A stretch of 64,000 nt of DNA from Candidatus Multivoradales bacterium (lineage in GTDB: Bacteria; Acidobacteriota; Thermoanaerobaculia; Multivoradales; Multivoraceae): the NCBI GenBank assembly GCA_965223325.1, contig CBDCWI010000002.1, positions 2,528,001 to 2,592,000 on the forward strand, given 5' to 3'. Below, piece by piece: positions 1 through 10,101 of the stretch. The translations under genes and the position numbers were made by a program. Position 1 is the stretch's first letter. Each line of letters starts with the position of its first letter. The notes below the pieces were generated by a model, which saw nothing but the letters and a program-made list of their open reading frames with translations, searched no databases and was not told the origin of the DNA.

Positions 1-806
1 AGCTCTTCCTGCTCCTCCACCTCGGTGACCGTGAACTTGTACTCGTGGTCGTGGCTCTCGGCCTCGGCACCTTCCGGGGCGTCGGGATCGGGCGGCATCT
101 CGTGGGTGCGGGTGAACTCAGCCTCTTGCCCTTTGGCGAGCCCGGTCGCGGCGACCGACAGCTCCTCCCAGACCTGCGGGTCGCCGATCTTGAGCTGTGC
201 CGTTTGCGTGACCGGTTCGTGCTCGTGGTCGTCGTCATCGCCATGATCATGGTCGTGGTCGTGGTCGTGATGATGATGGTGCGGGGTCAGGTCGGTGAGC
301 TCGATGGTGACGCGATCTCCCTCACCCGCCGCGCGATCGACCGCCTTCCAGGGCGCCACGTCCTCTCGGATGCGCTCGAGGACCTCATCGACTTCAGAGT
401 CGGCGACTTCAGTCGCTTTGGCCGGGAGTTCGAAGTCGCGGTCTGGAGACAGGGCGATCTCGGGCCGCACCTCAACCGTTGCCGTGAAGGTGAGCGGCGC
501 GTCGTCTTCGAAGTCGACCTTCTCCACCCTGGGACCACCGAGCGGATCGAGCTGCTTCTCGGCCTGGGCCTGGTTCCAATAGCGCGGCACCAGGCGCTCG
601 ACGACCTCCTGCTGAATCTCCTGGCGGAATCTCTGGCGCACGACCTTGGGCGGGACCTTGCCCTTGCGAAAACCGGGGATCCTCGCCTGGCTCGAAAACT
701 CGGCGGTGACTCGCTGCACCTCGGCGTCGACAGCGGGTTGCGGAACTTCGACCTTGAGCTCCTTCTTGCAGGGGCCCACATCTTCGATCGACAAAACGAC
801 GCTCAT
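1..806 (-). CDS. tig: Trigger factor (3' end runs off the window), with a His/Asp-rich insertion in the FKBP domain
   Basis: Manual translation from ATG at 806: MSVVLSIEDVGPCKKELKVEVP...ARIPGFRKGKVP contains the ribosome-binding signature GFRxGxxP. Lies directly downstream of tRNA-Leu, the usual tig context. Absent from the ORF track because no stop falls in the window. Confidence 0.95.
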   Translation of the reverse strand, partial: MSVVLSIEDVGPCKKELKVEVPQPAVDAEVQRVTAEFSSQARIPGFRKGKVPPKVVRQRFRQEIQQEVVERLVPRYWNQAQAEKQLDPLGGPRVEKVDFEDDAPLTFTATVEVRPEIALSPDRDFELPAKATEVADSEVDEVLERIREDVAPWKAVDRAAGEGDRVTIELTDLTPHHHHHDHDHDHDHGDDDDHEHEPVTQTAQLKIGDPQVWEELSVAATGLAKGQEAEFTRTHEMPPDPDAPEGAEAESHDHEYKFTVTEVEEQEE

Positions 807-876
807 GGTTGGCTCACTCTCTATGTGTCAGCGGGTCCGGGCGCCGGCGAGCAACGTGGCGGGCGGGGTGGCCAGC

Positions 877-961
877 TGGTGCGAAAGGGGGGACTCGAAC
901 CCCCATCCCTTGCGGGACTAGATCCTAAATCTAGCGCGTATACCAATTCCGCCACTTTCGC
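877..961 (-). tRNA. tRNA-Leu (anticodon TAG)
   Basis: Reverse complement GCGAAAGTGGCGGAATTGGTATACGCGCTAGATTTAGGATCTAG...GGTTCGAGTCCCCCCTTTCGCACCA. Anticodon arm CTAGA-TT-TAG-GA-TCTAG, long variable arm, encoded CCA. Confidence 0.97.
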
Positions 962-1093
962 AGTGGTCAGCACTCTCGCGCGGAGAAGGTGCAGGAAGGT
1001 CGCGATCTCACATCCCACCGGTGTCGGGCGTACCGAGTCGCGCGAACCTCTCGGGGTGCCACGTGTTCTCAGGATCTGGGAACGAGAACGCAT

Positions 1094-1169
1094 TGGTGAG
1101 CCGCCTAGGACTTGAACCTAGAACCGACGGATTAAGAGTCCGTTGCTCTGCCAGTTGAGCTAGCGGCCC
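1094..1169 (-). tRNA. tRNA-Lys (anticodon CTT)
   Basis: Reverse complement GGGCCGCTAGCTCAACTGGCAGAGCAACGGACTCTTAATCCGTCGGTTCTAGGTTCAAGTCCTAGGCGGCTCACCA. 76 nt, anticodon arm ACGGA-CT-CTT-AA-TCCGT, CCA end. Confidence 0.97.
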
Positions 1170-1295
1170 GGAAGATACGGGATCATACAGAAGCCCGAGG
1201 GCAGAATGCTACGAGGAATTGCCCGAAAGAATCGCCCAGACATGGCTCCCTGGATTCCTGCTCGAACCGTCACTCGTGCGATCATCAGGCTCACC

Positions 1296-1532
1296 ATGAT
1301 GAACCAACCGATCGAGGTCGAGATCCACCTCAACGGCGACCCTTCAACCGTGCCCGCCGGAACGACCATCCTGGCGCTGCTCGAAACGCGCGGGCGCCAC
1401 CCGCGCACAGTAGCCATCGAGTACAACGGCGACATCCTGGGGCGCGAGGCCTACGGAGAAACCGAACTCCACACCGGCGACCGGGTCGAGATCGTGCATT
1501 TCGTGCAAGGGGGGTCTCCCCGGCTCCGCTAG
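1296..1532 (+). CDS. thiS: Sulfur carrier protein ThiS, with a 5-aa extension after the GG motif
   Basis: IHLNG...TILALLE...VAIEYNGDIL...L..GDRVEIVHFVQGG is a typical ThiS. Start moved to ATG 1296 within ORF 1206..1532. Confidence 0.9.
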   Translation: MMNQPIEVEIHLNGDPSTVPAGTTILALLETRGRHPRTVAIEYNGDILGREAYGETELHTGDRVEIVHFVQGGSPRLR

Positions 1533-1572
1533 GGAACGGGGCGGCCCAGAAAGCCCAAACTCCTTGAATTTC

Positions 1573-1602
1573 TTGACCCCTGGGCCATCAAAATTCTAGA
1601 AT
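1573..1602 (+). promoter_or_regulatory. Putative sigma-70 promoter for 1658..2305
   Basis: TTGACC (1573-1578), 18 bp spacer, TAGAAT (1597-1602), in a locally AT-rich intergenic stretch. Confidence 0.55.
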
Positions 1603-1657
1603 TCGCACTTACGCCCAGGGAGGTCCACCCTTCCGCCGGGGGCCAGCGAGTTGCACC

Positions 1658-2305
1658 ATGATCACGGGCTACAACACCGACGTCAAACATCGAAACCGTG
1701 TCTTCCACGTGCAAACGGAAGATCGCGGTCAGGCCAACCCCACGATCGAGACGCTGATCTACGTCGGCGGCCAGGTGATGGCGTCCGAGCGCACGGAGTA
1801 CGCCGACATGCTCGCCCAGGGCGCCGAGCGCAGCGAAGTCGCCACCATGATGGACGCGCAGCATCAGCGCATGCTCGAGAAGATCAAGCAGGGCGGCTTC
1901 GACGACAAGATCGCCGAAATGTTCCCAGAGGATCCGCGCGAGGAAGCCAACAACGGCGACCGCACCCTCGACGAGGTCATCCTCGAGTACCTGACCACGG
2001 AAGCCCAGCAGGACCACCTGATGCTTTTCCTCGATGAGGAAGTCGAGCTGATTCTCGGCGAGAGCACCGGCGTCGTGGTGCGCGCCAGCTCGAGCAAGAG
2101 CGGCCTGCCGATCAGCGGCGCCACGGTCTCGGTCCGCATGATCTCGACCGTCGATCACCCGCGCATCCTCGCCTCCGGCGAAACCGAAGACGACGGCACC
2201 CTGGGGCTCGAACTCGAGATCCCCGAAGTCACCGAAGGTGCCTCGGCGCTGATCATCGCCGCCGACAGCGACATCGGGAAAGCCGAGCTCAAGTACCTCT
2301 TGTAG
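1658..2305 (+). CDS. Conserved-looking hypothetical protein
   Basis: Strong GC3 codon bias, acidic, MITGYNTDVKH..VFHVQTED N-terminus. No function recognised. Confidence 0.8.
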   Translation: MITGYNTDVKHRNRVFHVQTEDRGQANPTIETLIYVGGQVMASERTEYADMLAQGAERSEVATMMDAQHQRMLEKIKQGGFDDKIAEMFPEDPREEANNGDRTLDEVILEYLTTEAQQDHLMLFLDEEVELILGESTGVVVRASSSKSGLPISGATVSVRMISTVDHPRILASGETEDDGTLGLELEIPEVTEGASALIIAADSDIGKAELKYLL

Positions 2306-2413
2306 CGGACGCTCCGTTTTCGCGCCAGGCCGAGACACCGGTGGCGATTTCGAGGAGCTGGATCCTGGGATCGCCCTTGCAGCGCCCAGAGGCCCGGGAG
2401 CAGGCGATGGCCC

Positions 2414-2620
2414 GTGGAGCTGGTTTTGCACCATCAGCCAGGAGCCGTCGGGAGCACGGCGAGCGGCGAGGCCGGCCCGGTGCGCGTCGTCTCGGCCACG
2501 ACGGCGAGTCGGTCAGCAGGCGTACCCCGAATGATCCGCAGAGGCGACGAGCTGCTCTTTGTCTGGGTCGAGGAAGGAGAGTCGGCCCGTCTGCGCGCTG
2601 GCCTGATCCCGCTGGCGTGA
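2414..2620 (+). pseudogene. Probable C-terminal remnant of a beta-propeller/sialidase-like secreted protein
   Basis: SRSAGVPRMIRRGDELLFVWVE looks like a terminal propeller blade. No intact N-terminal part or good start. Confidence 0.3.
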
Positions 2621-2659
2621 TCTGGGCCGACCGGGATGCCGTCGAGGCAAGAAGAGCTA

Positions 2660-2691
2660 TTGACCCTGTAGTTAAGTACAGGGTTTACAGT
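2660..2691 (+). promoter_or_regulatory. MerR-family promoter/operator
   Basis: -35 TTGACC (2660-2665), dyad ACCCTGTA-gttaag-TACAGGGT (2663-2684), -10 TTACAG/TACAGT at an elongated 19-20 bp spacing. Sits 21 bp upstream of the MerR gene. Confidence 0.85.
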
Positions 2692-2712
2692 GGTCTCTGA
2701 GGAGGCGACGCG

Positions 2713-3132
2713 ATGACAGGAATCACCATCGGGCAACTCGCCCGCCAAGCCGACGTCGGCATCGAAACAGTGCGCTTCTACGAGCGACGTGGACTCATCG
2801 AGGACCCGCCTCGTCGAAGCTCCGGCTATCGACAGTATCCGCCAGATACCGTCGAGCGGCTGCGCTTCATCAAGCGGGCCAAGGAGCTGGGCTTCTCCTT
2901 GAAGGAGATCGGCGACCTGCTCCGGCTGCGCAGCCATCCGGCGGAGAACCGTGAGGAAGTGCGGGCCAGAGCCCAGGCGAAGATCGATGACATCGATCGA
3001 AGGCTCGCCGATCTCTCACGGATGAGAGACACCCTGTCCGAGCTCGCCGACGCCTGTGCGCGAGGCGATGAGACCGAAGATTGTCCGATTCTTGTCGCGC
3101 TCGATGGCCGAGCGCAGGAAGGGGACCACTGA
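2713..3132 (+). CDS. MerR-family heavy-metal-responsive transcriptional regulator
   Basis: [50 protein letters not shown]-terminal metal loop C-x8-CPIL. Confidence 0.95.
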   Translation: MTGITIGQLARQADVGIETVRFYERRGLIEDPPRRSSGYRQYPPDTVERLRFIKRAKELGFSLKEIGDLLRLRSHPAENREEVRARAQAKIDDIDRRLADLSRMRDTLSELADACARGDETEDCPILVALDGRAQEGDH

Positions 3133-5630
3133 TGAGCTCCAAGCATTCAGCGCATCACGACGACCGTCCTTCGACTGGCGATGGTCTCGCCACCGATCCG
3201 GTGTGCGGCATGAAGGTCGATGCCGACGACGCCAGGTTCGAAGCCGAAGAGGGCGGACAGCGATTCGTCTTCTGCTCGGCCGGATGCCAGGCCAAGTTCG
3301 AGGCAGATCCGAGTCGTTTTCTGGAGCCACGAAACGAACAGGCGACCGTCTCAGCCGAGGCGGCTGGAAGTCGGGGCGCCAGGAGCCAGGGCTCGGTCTA
3401 TGTGTGCCCGATGGATCCCGAGATCCGACAGCAGGAGCCGGGAAGCTGTCCGAAGTGTGGCATGGCCCTCGAACCCGAGACGCCGAGCCTGGCCACCCGG
3501 ACGGAATACACCTGCCCCATGCACCCGGAGATCGTCCGCGACGAGCCGGGGAGCTGCCCGATCTGCGGCATGGCGCTCGAACCGCGTACCGTTAGCGCCG
3601 AGGACGAAGAGAATCCGGAGCTCGTCGACATGACTCGGCGATTTGCCTTCGCCGCCGCGCTCTCTCTGCCGATCCTGCTGCTCGCCATGGGCCACATGCT
3701 GCCGGGCGATCCCGTCTCGAAGCTGGTGCCGCCGCGCTGGCGAGTTCTCGTCGAGCTGGCCTTGGCGACGCCGGTCTGCCTCTGGTCGGCCTGGCCTTTC
3801 TACGTGCGTGCCTGGCAGTCGGTGCGCAACCGCAGCCTCAACATGTTCACCCTGATCGGACTCGGAGTCAGCGTGGCTTACGTCTACAGCCTCATCGCCG
3901 CGCTCTGGCCCGGGATCTTTCCCGACTCGTTCCGCGACGAGCACGGCACCGTCGCGGTGTACTTCGAAGCCGCCGCCGTCATCGTGACGCTGATTCTGCT
4001 CGGCCAGGTGCTCGAGCTTCGCGCGCGCAGCCAGACCGGCGCGGCGATCAAGGCCCTACTCGGGCTTGCGGCCAAGACAGCCCGCCGAATTCGGCCCGAC
4101 GGCGAGGAAGAAGACGTACCGCTCGACGCCGTCGAGGCTGGCGACAGTCTGCGCGTGCGCCCGGGCGAGAAGGTTCCGGTCGACGGTACGGTGCTCGAAG
4201 GAACGAGCACCGTGGACGAGTCGATGGTGACGGGCGAGCCGATCCCGGTCAAGAAGACCGCCGGTGACGCAGTGATCGGCGCCACGGTCAACGGTACGGG
4301 TTCCTTCGTCATGGAGGCCGAGAAGGTTGGCTCGGAAACCCTGCTTTCGCGCATCGTCACCATGGTGGCCGAGGCCCAACGCAGCCGGGCGCCGATTCAG
4401 AAGCTGGCCGACCGCGTGTCCAGCTGGTTCGTTCCCATCGTCATCGTCGTCGCCGTGCTCACCTTCACCGTATGGGCGCTGGTCGGCCCCGATCCGCGGA
4501 TGGCCTATGCCCTCGTCAACGCGGTCGCCGTCTTGATCATCGCATGCCCTTGCGCCCTGGGTCTGGCGACCCCGATGTCGATCATGGTGGCGACCGGCAA
4601 GGGCGCGCGCGCAGGCGTCCTGTTCAAGAACGCCGAAGCGATCGAGCGATTGCGGCAGGTGGACACGCTGGTCGTGGACAAGACCGGCACCCTGACGGAA
4701 GGGCGCCCGAGCCTGGTGACGGTTGAGCCGACGAGCGACTTCGCCGAGGAACGCTTTCTCGAGCTGGTGGCGACGCTCGAACGCGCCAGCGAGCATCCCC
4801 TCGCGGAAGCAATCGTTCGCGGAGCCGAGGATCGAGGCGTCCAGGTGGGCGAGGCGGCGTCGTTCGAATCGGTGACCGGAAAAGGCGTGAGGGGTCGGGT
4901 CGACGACGTCGAAGTGGCGCTCGGCAACCGGGCCATGATGACTGACGTCGGGGTTGACCTGGCGGGCCTGCCCGAACGAGCCGAAACGCTGCGAGCGGAA
5001 GGTCAGACCGTGATGTTCGCGGCCATCGACGGCGATGCCGCCGGCCTCGTTGGCGTCGCCGATCCGATCAAGGAAAGCACCCCCGAAGCGATCGAAGCCT
5101 TGCATACGGAAGGGTTGCGCATCACCATGTTGACCGGCGACAGCCGGACCACGGCGGAGGCGGTCGCCCGCCAGCTCGGGATCGACGAGGTTGTGGCCGA
5201 GGTTCTGCCAGAGCAGAAGAAAGACGCCGTCGAGAAGCTCCAGGAAGACGGCCACGTCGTGGCCATGGCCGGCGACGGCATCAACGACGCGCCAGCGCTC
5301 GCCCGTGCCGACGTGGGCATCGCCATGGGCACCGGCACCGACGTGGCCATGGAGAGTGCCGGCGTGACTTTGGTCAAAGGCGACCTCCGCGGGATCGTTC
5401 GTGCCCGGCGTCTCAGCCGAAGGGCGATGGCGAACATCCGGCAGAACCTTTTCTTCGCCTTCGTCTACAACGCCCTGGGGGTGCCGGTGGCAGCGGGTGT
5501 GCTCTATCCGTTCTTCGGCATCCTGCTTAGCCCGATGCTCGCGGCGGCGGCCATGAGCTTCAGCTCGGTGTCGGTGATTGGGAACTCCTTGCGCTTGCGT
5601 GAGATTGACCTGGATCTCGACCGCTCATGA
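3132..5630 (+). CDS. copA: Cu(I)/Ag(I)-translocating P1B-type ATPase with N-terminal YHS and two CPM(D/H)P metal-binding domains
   Basis: DPVCGM/FCSAGC (YHS), CPC, DKTGT, SEHP, TGD, GDGIND, YN..GVP and MSFSS motifs. ATG overlaps the MerR stop (TGATG). Confidence 0.93.
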   Translation: MSSKHSAHHDDRPSTGDGLATDPVCGMKVDADDARFEAEEGGQRFVFCSAGCQAKFEADPSRFLEPRNEQATVSAEAAGSRGARSQGSVYVCPMDPEIRQQEPGSCPKCGMALEPETPSLATRTEYTCPMHPEIVRDEPGSCPICGMALEPRTVSAEDEENPELVDMTRRFAFAAALSLPILLLAMGHMLPGDPVSKLVPPRWRVLVELALATPVCLWSAWPFYVRAWQSVRNRSLNMFTLIGLGVSVAYVYSLIAALWPGIFPDSFRDEHGTVAVYFEAAAVIVTLILLGQVLELRARSQTGAAIKALLGLAAKTARRIRPDGEEEDVPLDAVEAGDSLRVRPGEKVPVDGTVLEGTSTVDESMVTGEPIPVKKTAGDAVIGATVNGTGSFVMEAEKVGSETLLSRIVTMVAEAQRSRAPIQKLADRVSSWFVPIVIVVAVLTFTVWALVGPDPRMAYALVNAVAVLIIACPCALGLATPMSIMVATGKGARAGVLFKNAEAIERLRQVDTLVVDKTGTLTEGRPSLVTVEPTSDFAEERFLELVATLERASEHPLAEAIVRGAEDRGVQVGEAASFESVTGKGVRGRVDDVEVALGNRAMMTDVGVDLAGLPERAETLRAEGQTVMFAAIDGDAAGLVGVADPIKESTPEAIEALHTEGLRITMLTGDSRTTAEAVARQLGIDEVVAEVLPEQKKDAVEKLQEDGHVVAMAGDGINDAPALARADVGIAMGTGTDVAMESAGVTLVKGDLRGIVRARRLSRRAMANIRQNLFFAFVYNALGVPVAAGVLYPFFGILLSPMLAAAAMSFSSVSVIGNSLRLREIDLDLDRS

Positions 5631-5770
5631 CAAGCGTCTTCGATCGGGTCTTTGCCTCTTCCTCGATCTCTTCGATCATCGACACAGCTGGTTTCTGAAA
5701 CGAATCACATCTTCAGACCACCTCGGGTTCAGACTGTCTCGCTAGGGTTGCAGGTAGCAACCGAGACAGC

Positions 5771-8224
5771 ATGATCAACGGACTTCTACAGGATCTTCGC
5801 TTTGCCACGCGGCAGCTGGCGAGAAACCGCGTCTTTACCGCGGCCAGTGTGCTCGTACTCGGGCTGGGCATCCGTGCGAACGTGGCTAGTTTCAGTCTCA
5901 CCAATGCGCTCCTGCTGCGCCCGCCTCAAGGCGTCAGCGCACCGAACGAACTCTTCCAACTGATCGGCCGGTCGAGGCCTCAGGACGACTTCCGGCGGAC
6001 CTTCGCCTTCCCGGACTTCCAAGACCTACAGCACGCGCTCGAAGGCGAAGCCAAACTCGCAGCGCATGACTCAACGCAACTCAGTGTGCGCGTTGGAGAC
6101 GTTACGGAGAGGCTTCGGGGCAGTCTCGTCGCCGGGAACTACTTCGACCTCTTGGGTGTGGGAGCTCAGCGTGGTCGGGTGCTCTCTCCCGTAGACGACG
6201 TCCCTGGCAAGGGCGCTGTGGCCGTCGTGAGCCACGAGTTCTGGGAGGGCCGACTGGCATCTGACGAGAGCGTCGTTGGCCGAGAGATCGTCGTCAACGG
6301 GCAGTCGTTCACCGTCGTCGGCGTGGCTGAGCCGGGGTTCACCGGCGTTGTGAAGTTCGAGGAGAGCCACCTGTGGGTGCCCCTGGCTATGGAGCCGTCG
6401 CTCAGTTCTGTCGTGCTGCGCAGACGGCCGGGCGTCAATCGGATCAGCGTGCTTGGCCGACCGATCGGCGGCCGGACTCACGAGGCCGTTCGAAACCGTG
6501 TGGAGACTTTGGGTGCAGCTCTCGCAAAGCGACACGCCAACACGGACGCGCCGCGCGAACTCACGACGATGGCCGGCCTCGGCTCCGAGCCCGCCGAGGA
6601 ACGTACCGCACGGCAGCTCTCGGGTGTCTTGCTGGCGGTTGCCTTTCTCGTTCTTCTGATCGCCTGCGCGAATGTTGCGAATCTGGTCCTGGTCCGTGCG
6701 AGCCGGCGACGCAACGAGGTCGCTGTGCGCCGTGCTCTGGGAGCCAGCCGGCTGCGTGTCGCCCGCTTGTTGCTGACCGAGAGCCTGGTGCTTGCCGTTC
6801 CGGCCGCTGCTCTGGGCACTGGCCTTGCCTTGCTGGGCAAGGACTTGATTCCGACCCTACTTCCCCAGTTCGGTGGCGAGGCCGACTTCGATCTCGCTCT
6901 TGACCATCGCGTAGCGCTCTACAGCGGCGTCCTGGCTGGGGCGAGCGCTCTCATCTTCGGTCTTGCACCGGTGCTCGGCAACCGTGGAATGCACCTTTCT
7001 TCCGAGCTCAAGGAGGGGGGCCAGCGAGGCGGCCGCGCCCGCGCCGGGTTGAGAAGCACTCTCGTGGTGGTCCAGCTCGCGCTTTCCGTAGTGCTCCTCA
7101 TGGCTGCCGGCCTGCTACTCGAGACCATGCAGCGGCTCCAGGCCGTCGATCCGGGCTTTTCGGGCGAAGGAGCTCTGGCCACCTCCGTCGACCCGGGGTT
7201 GCAGTTGTACAGCGAGAGCCAGATCGCTCTCCTCTACGAACGGCTACCAGCTGCTCTCGAAGCGTTGCCCGGTACGGTCCGTGCCACCCTGGCGGACACG
7301 GTGCCGCTCTCCGGCGGCTCCGACGTCTTCGGTGGCCTCGCGATCGAAGGCAGCGACCCGCCCGAAGGGACCTCTGGATGGACGGTGCAGGCCAACGTCG
7401 TGACGTCGGGTTTCTTCGAGACGCTCGAGATTCCGCAGAGCGAAGGGCGCGACTTCGAGGCGACGGACACGGTCACAGCGCCGCCTGTGGCAATCGTCAA
7501 CGAGGCCTTTCGCAAGCGCTTCTGGCCTGACCGTGCGCTTGGCCGCACCATCAGCATTCCGCGCCGCGGCGAGGAGCCGCAGCTCGTCGAGGTCGTGGGT
7601 GTGGTCGGCGACGTTCACTATGGGTCGCTTGCGCAAACGGCCGAGCCGCTCATCTACCTGCCACTCTCACAGAACCTGAAGCGGCGCATGACGATCCTGG
7701 TGCGAAGCCAGGGCGATCCGTTGCTGAATGTTGGCGCGGTGAGGGACGCCGTGCGAGCGTTCGATCCGGACATACCGCTCTTCGGGGTCGCGCCCCTCGA
7801 TCAGATCGTCGAGTCCTCTCTTTGGCAGCAACGCCTGTTCGCCACACTGCTGACGCTGTTCGGAGCTCTCGCTTTGAGCCTCGCCGCTGTCGGCCTCTAT
7901 GGCGTCATCGCCTACCTGGTCAGCGAGAGCCGCCGTGAGATCGGCATCCGTATCGCCGTCGGTGCCAGCGGTAGCGAGGTCGTGGCCCACTATCTCAAGA
8001 GCTCCTTGCGTCTCGTGCTCACGGGAGTCGGATTAGGGCTCGTCGGCTCGCTGGGCACAAAACGGTTCCTTGCAGGCACATTGCACGACGTGCGAGCTCT
8101 CGAGCCGCGTGTGGCTTTGGGCGTGCTCGGCGTGATGCTTGTCATCGCAGGCCTCGCGACGGTTGTTCCGGCACGGGCAGCGGCCAGGGTCAACCCGGTC
8201 GAAGCACTGCGAAACGAAGGCTAG
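5771..8224 (+). CDS. Duplicated MacB/FtsX-type ABC permease (ADOP-like)
   Basis: QDLRFATRQL..N, LVLLIACANVANL, EVAVRRALGA, LVVVQLALSVVLL, REIGIRIAVGA, P.EALR. No adjacent ATPase. Confidence 0.92.
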   Translation: MINGLLQDLRFATRQLARNRVFTAASVLVLGLGIRANVASFSLTNALLLRPPQGVSAPNELFQLIGRSRPQDDFRRTFAFPDFQDLQHALEGEAKLAAHDSTQLSVRVGDVTERLRGSLVAGNYFDLLGVGAQRGRVLSPVDDVPGKGAVAVVSHEFWEGRLASDESVVGREIVVNGQSFTVVGVAEPGFTGVVKFEESHLWVPLAMEPSLSSVVLRRRPGVNRISVLGRPIGGRTHEAVRNRVETLGAALAKRHANTDAPRELTTMAGLGSEPAEERTARQLSGVLLAVAFLVLLIACANVANLVLVRASRRRNEVAVRRALGASRLRVARLLLTESLVLAVPAAALGTGLALLGKDLIPTLLPQFGGEADFDLALDHRVALYSGVLAGASALIFGLAPVLGNRGMHLSSELKEGGQRGGRARAGLRSTLVVVQLALSVVLLMAAGLLLETMQRLQAVDPGFSGEGALATSVDPGLQLYSESQIALLYERLPAALEALPGTVRATLADTVPLSGGSDVFGGLAIEGSDPPEGTSGWTVQANVVTSGFFETLEIPQSEGRDFEATDTVTAPPVAIVNEAFRKRFWPDRALGRTISIPRRGEEPQLVEVVGVVGDVHYGSLAQTAEPLIYLPLSQNLKRRMTILVRSQGDPLLNVGAVRDAVRAFDPDIPLFGVAPLDQIVESSLWQQRLFATLLTLFGALALSLAAVGLYGVIAYLVSESRREIGIRIAVGASGSEVVAHYLKSSLRLVLTGVGLGLVGSLGTKRFLAGTLHDVRALEPRVALGVLGVMLVIAGLATVVPARAAARVNPVEALRNEG

Positions 8225-8295
8225 GAGCGAGTGCAAGGCACGGAATGAAAGGGGATGTATCGAAATTTCTCACCGGAAACAAGGAGATCTGTGCA

Positions 8296-8682
8296 ATGGA
8301 AAGAACACACGCCATCACGTCGCTGTTCGTCATGATCCTCGGAATGATCGCCGTCTCTGCGATCGCTAGCGACGAGGTTCTTGGTACGTGGCAAGGAACT
8401 GTGGAGAGGGAACGGGGCAACTACGACTTCACGATCGAGTTCACCATGGATGAGGATGGACTTTCGGGGACATTCACCTCCGAGCTGGATGGTGTTCAGA
8501 CCCTGGAAGAGGTCGCTTACACCAACGGGACCCTCTCGTTCGAACGGATCAGGCTGAACTCTGAGGGTGCCCCCGTCCATCTGAGCTACTCCGCCACCAT
8601 CGAGGGTGACACGATGAGCGTGACGGAGACAACACGGTGGGGCGATCGCAGCTTCACTGCCAAGCGAACTCGCGACGGCTAG
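8296..8682 (+). CDS. Secreted hypothetical protein (small beta-barrel)
   Basis: AAGGAG RBS, signal peptide ending AIA-S, GTW motif, beta-strand pattern. Confidence 0.75.
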   Translation: MERTHAITSLFVMILGMIAVSAIASDEVLGTWQGTVERERGNYDFTIEFTMDEDGLSGTFTSELDGVQTLEEVAYTNGTLSFERIRLNSEGAPVHLSYSATIEGDTMSVTETTRWGDRSFTAKRTRDG

Positions 8683-9296
8683 GCGTTTGGGCAGACAGAG
8701 TGCCCGGCTTCAGGGGGACCGCGTTGCTCTCGCCTTTTCGAGGCAAGCCGCCGGGCAAAGCGCAAGACCACCATCGCGAGTACCGTCATCAGACTGGCGA
8801 GGACGTTGAACAGGATGTCGTTACGGTCAAAGTGGCGGCTCGGCATGAACAGCTGCAACAACTCGTCGATCAATCCGACCAGCGAGGCCAGTAGGATCGC
8901 AACAACTGGAAGAAACGGTACCTTCTTCCCATGCGCGGCACGTTCCGAGAGCGCCTCGAAAACGAGCACCGCCAGAACTCCGTACTCGATCAGGTGACTG
9001 CGCTCGGGAATCGACAGACGCACAAACACCATGAGAAAGACCACAGAAAGGCCGAGCGCAACTCCGAGCTCGAGCTCCGGACGCACTCGGAGGCCCTGCG
9101 CCAAGATCGCCAACCCGACGAGCACCATCGCAGCCAGGAAGAGTGCGGCGCTGAGGCTTTGGTGGTAGAGCCATGAAGATGCGATCGAAGCGAGCCACAG
9201 GGTCGAGAAGATGGCGCCGGTAACCAGAAGTGCACCCTGCCAGAGCCGCTTCTCACGGCGCGACGTGAACCAAGACGAAGGACCCAGGTCAACCAT
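8679..9296 (-). CDS. VanZ-like membrane protein
   Basis: Multi-TM, ERSHLIEYGVL, DELLQLF.P.RHFD..DILFN. Confidence 0.85.
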   Translation of the reverse strand: MVDLGPSSWFTSRREKRLWQGALLVTGAIFSTLWLASIASSWLYHQSLSAALFLAAMVLVGLAILAQGLRVRPELELGVALGLSVVFLMVFVRLSIPERSHLIEYGVLAVLVFEALSERAAHGKKVPFLPVVAILLASLVGLIDELLQLFMPSRHFDRNDILFNVLASLMTVLAMVVLRFARRLASKRREQRGPPEAGHSVCPNA

Positions 9297-9376
9297 TCAA
9301 TAGGGACTCCCTTTCAGGCAGAGCAAACACCCCGAGGCGTAGCCCCTCCGGGGGGCACCCAAGTGTGCTTCGGAGT

Positions 9377-9995
9377 CTAGCGACTTACTCGCGCAACACT
9401 TGAAACCGGAGGTGGGAATAGACCATCGAGCGCCGCGTTGACGAGCTGGTCGGCCCAGTCCTCCATCGGCTCGTCCTTGATGCGCCCCAGGACGGTTGTG
9501 CCGAGGAGCCCGTTTAGAAGCGTCCCGTGCAGTCGAGCCACGATCGCCATCGGGTCTCCGTCGATCACGGCACCCCGCTGACTGTCCGTCTTCGACGACC
9601 ACCAAAGCTCGCCGCACCACACCCGCAAGAGGCAGAGCTCCGCCATCGCACCAGTCGGCGCGTTCCCCGCAACCTCGTCAACCACCTCTTCGCCGGCGAC
9701 CCAGGCCGTCAGGGGCCGTCGCGTGCACGCGGCCCGGGCACGTCCACGGCCACAAACGGCAGCGGGCTTGGGAAGTCCCCGGCGGGAACCGCGCCTCCAG
9801 GTCACCTCTCCACCGTAGATCCCGCGCTGCGCGATGTGCTCGCCTCACCGCATCGAAGACCGAGAGCAGGTGATTGCGCTCTGGCGCATCTGACGCGATC
9901 ACCCGAGGCCGTGGCCCCCAATCGAGCTTCCTCGGACGACGCATCGGACTCACCGGCGTCCTAGCGGATGACATTCCTCCTTGACCAACAGTCAT
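9377..9995 (-). pseudogene. Decayed TetR-family regulator remnant
   Basis: VVEDGQ [extra base at ~9581] QRGAVIDGDPMAIVARLHGTLLNGL...WADQLVNAALDGL resembles a TetR C-terminal domain split by a frameshift. A TGAC-N5-GTCA palindrome lies at 9982-9994 and an MRRPRKLD-like start is upstream. No intact HTH. Confidence 0.4.
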
Positions 9996-10101
9996 TTGCG
10001 AATCGCGCTACACACCGGGTCCGCGGCGGGGCGCGCTCCTGCGCCACGACTTCGGCGCAAAACTCACCCCCGACTGTGCGTGGCATCGCCGCGCGATCGA
10101 C

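Noticed and set aside
45-1115. 356-aa plus-strand ORF with a poly-Val/Met stretch
   Set aside because: Antisense shadow of tig (the His/Asp tract read backwards), and it overlaps both tRNAs.
877-1169. tRNA-anchored integrative element or prophage
   Set aside because: No integrase, phage genes or duplicated tRNA 3' end seen in the window. The tRNA 3' ends point toward tig.
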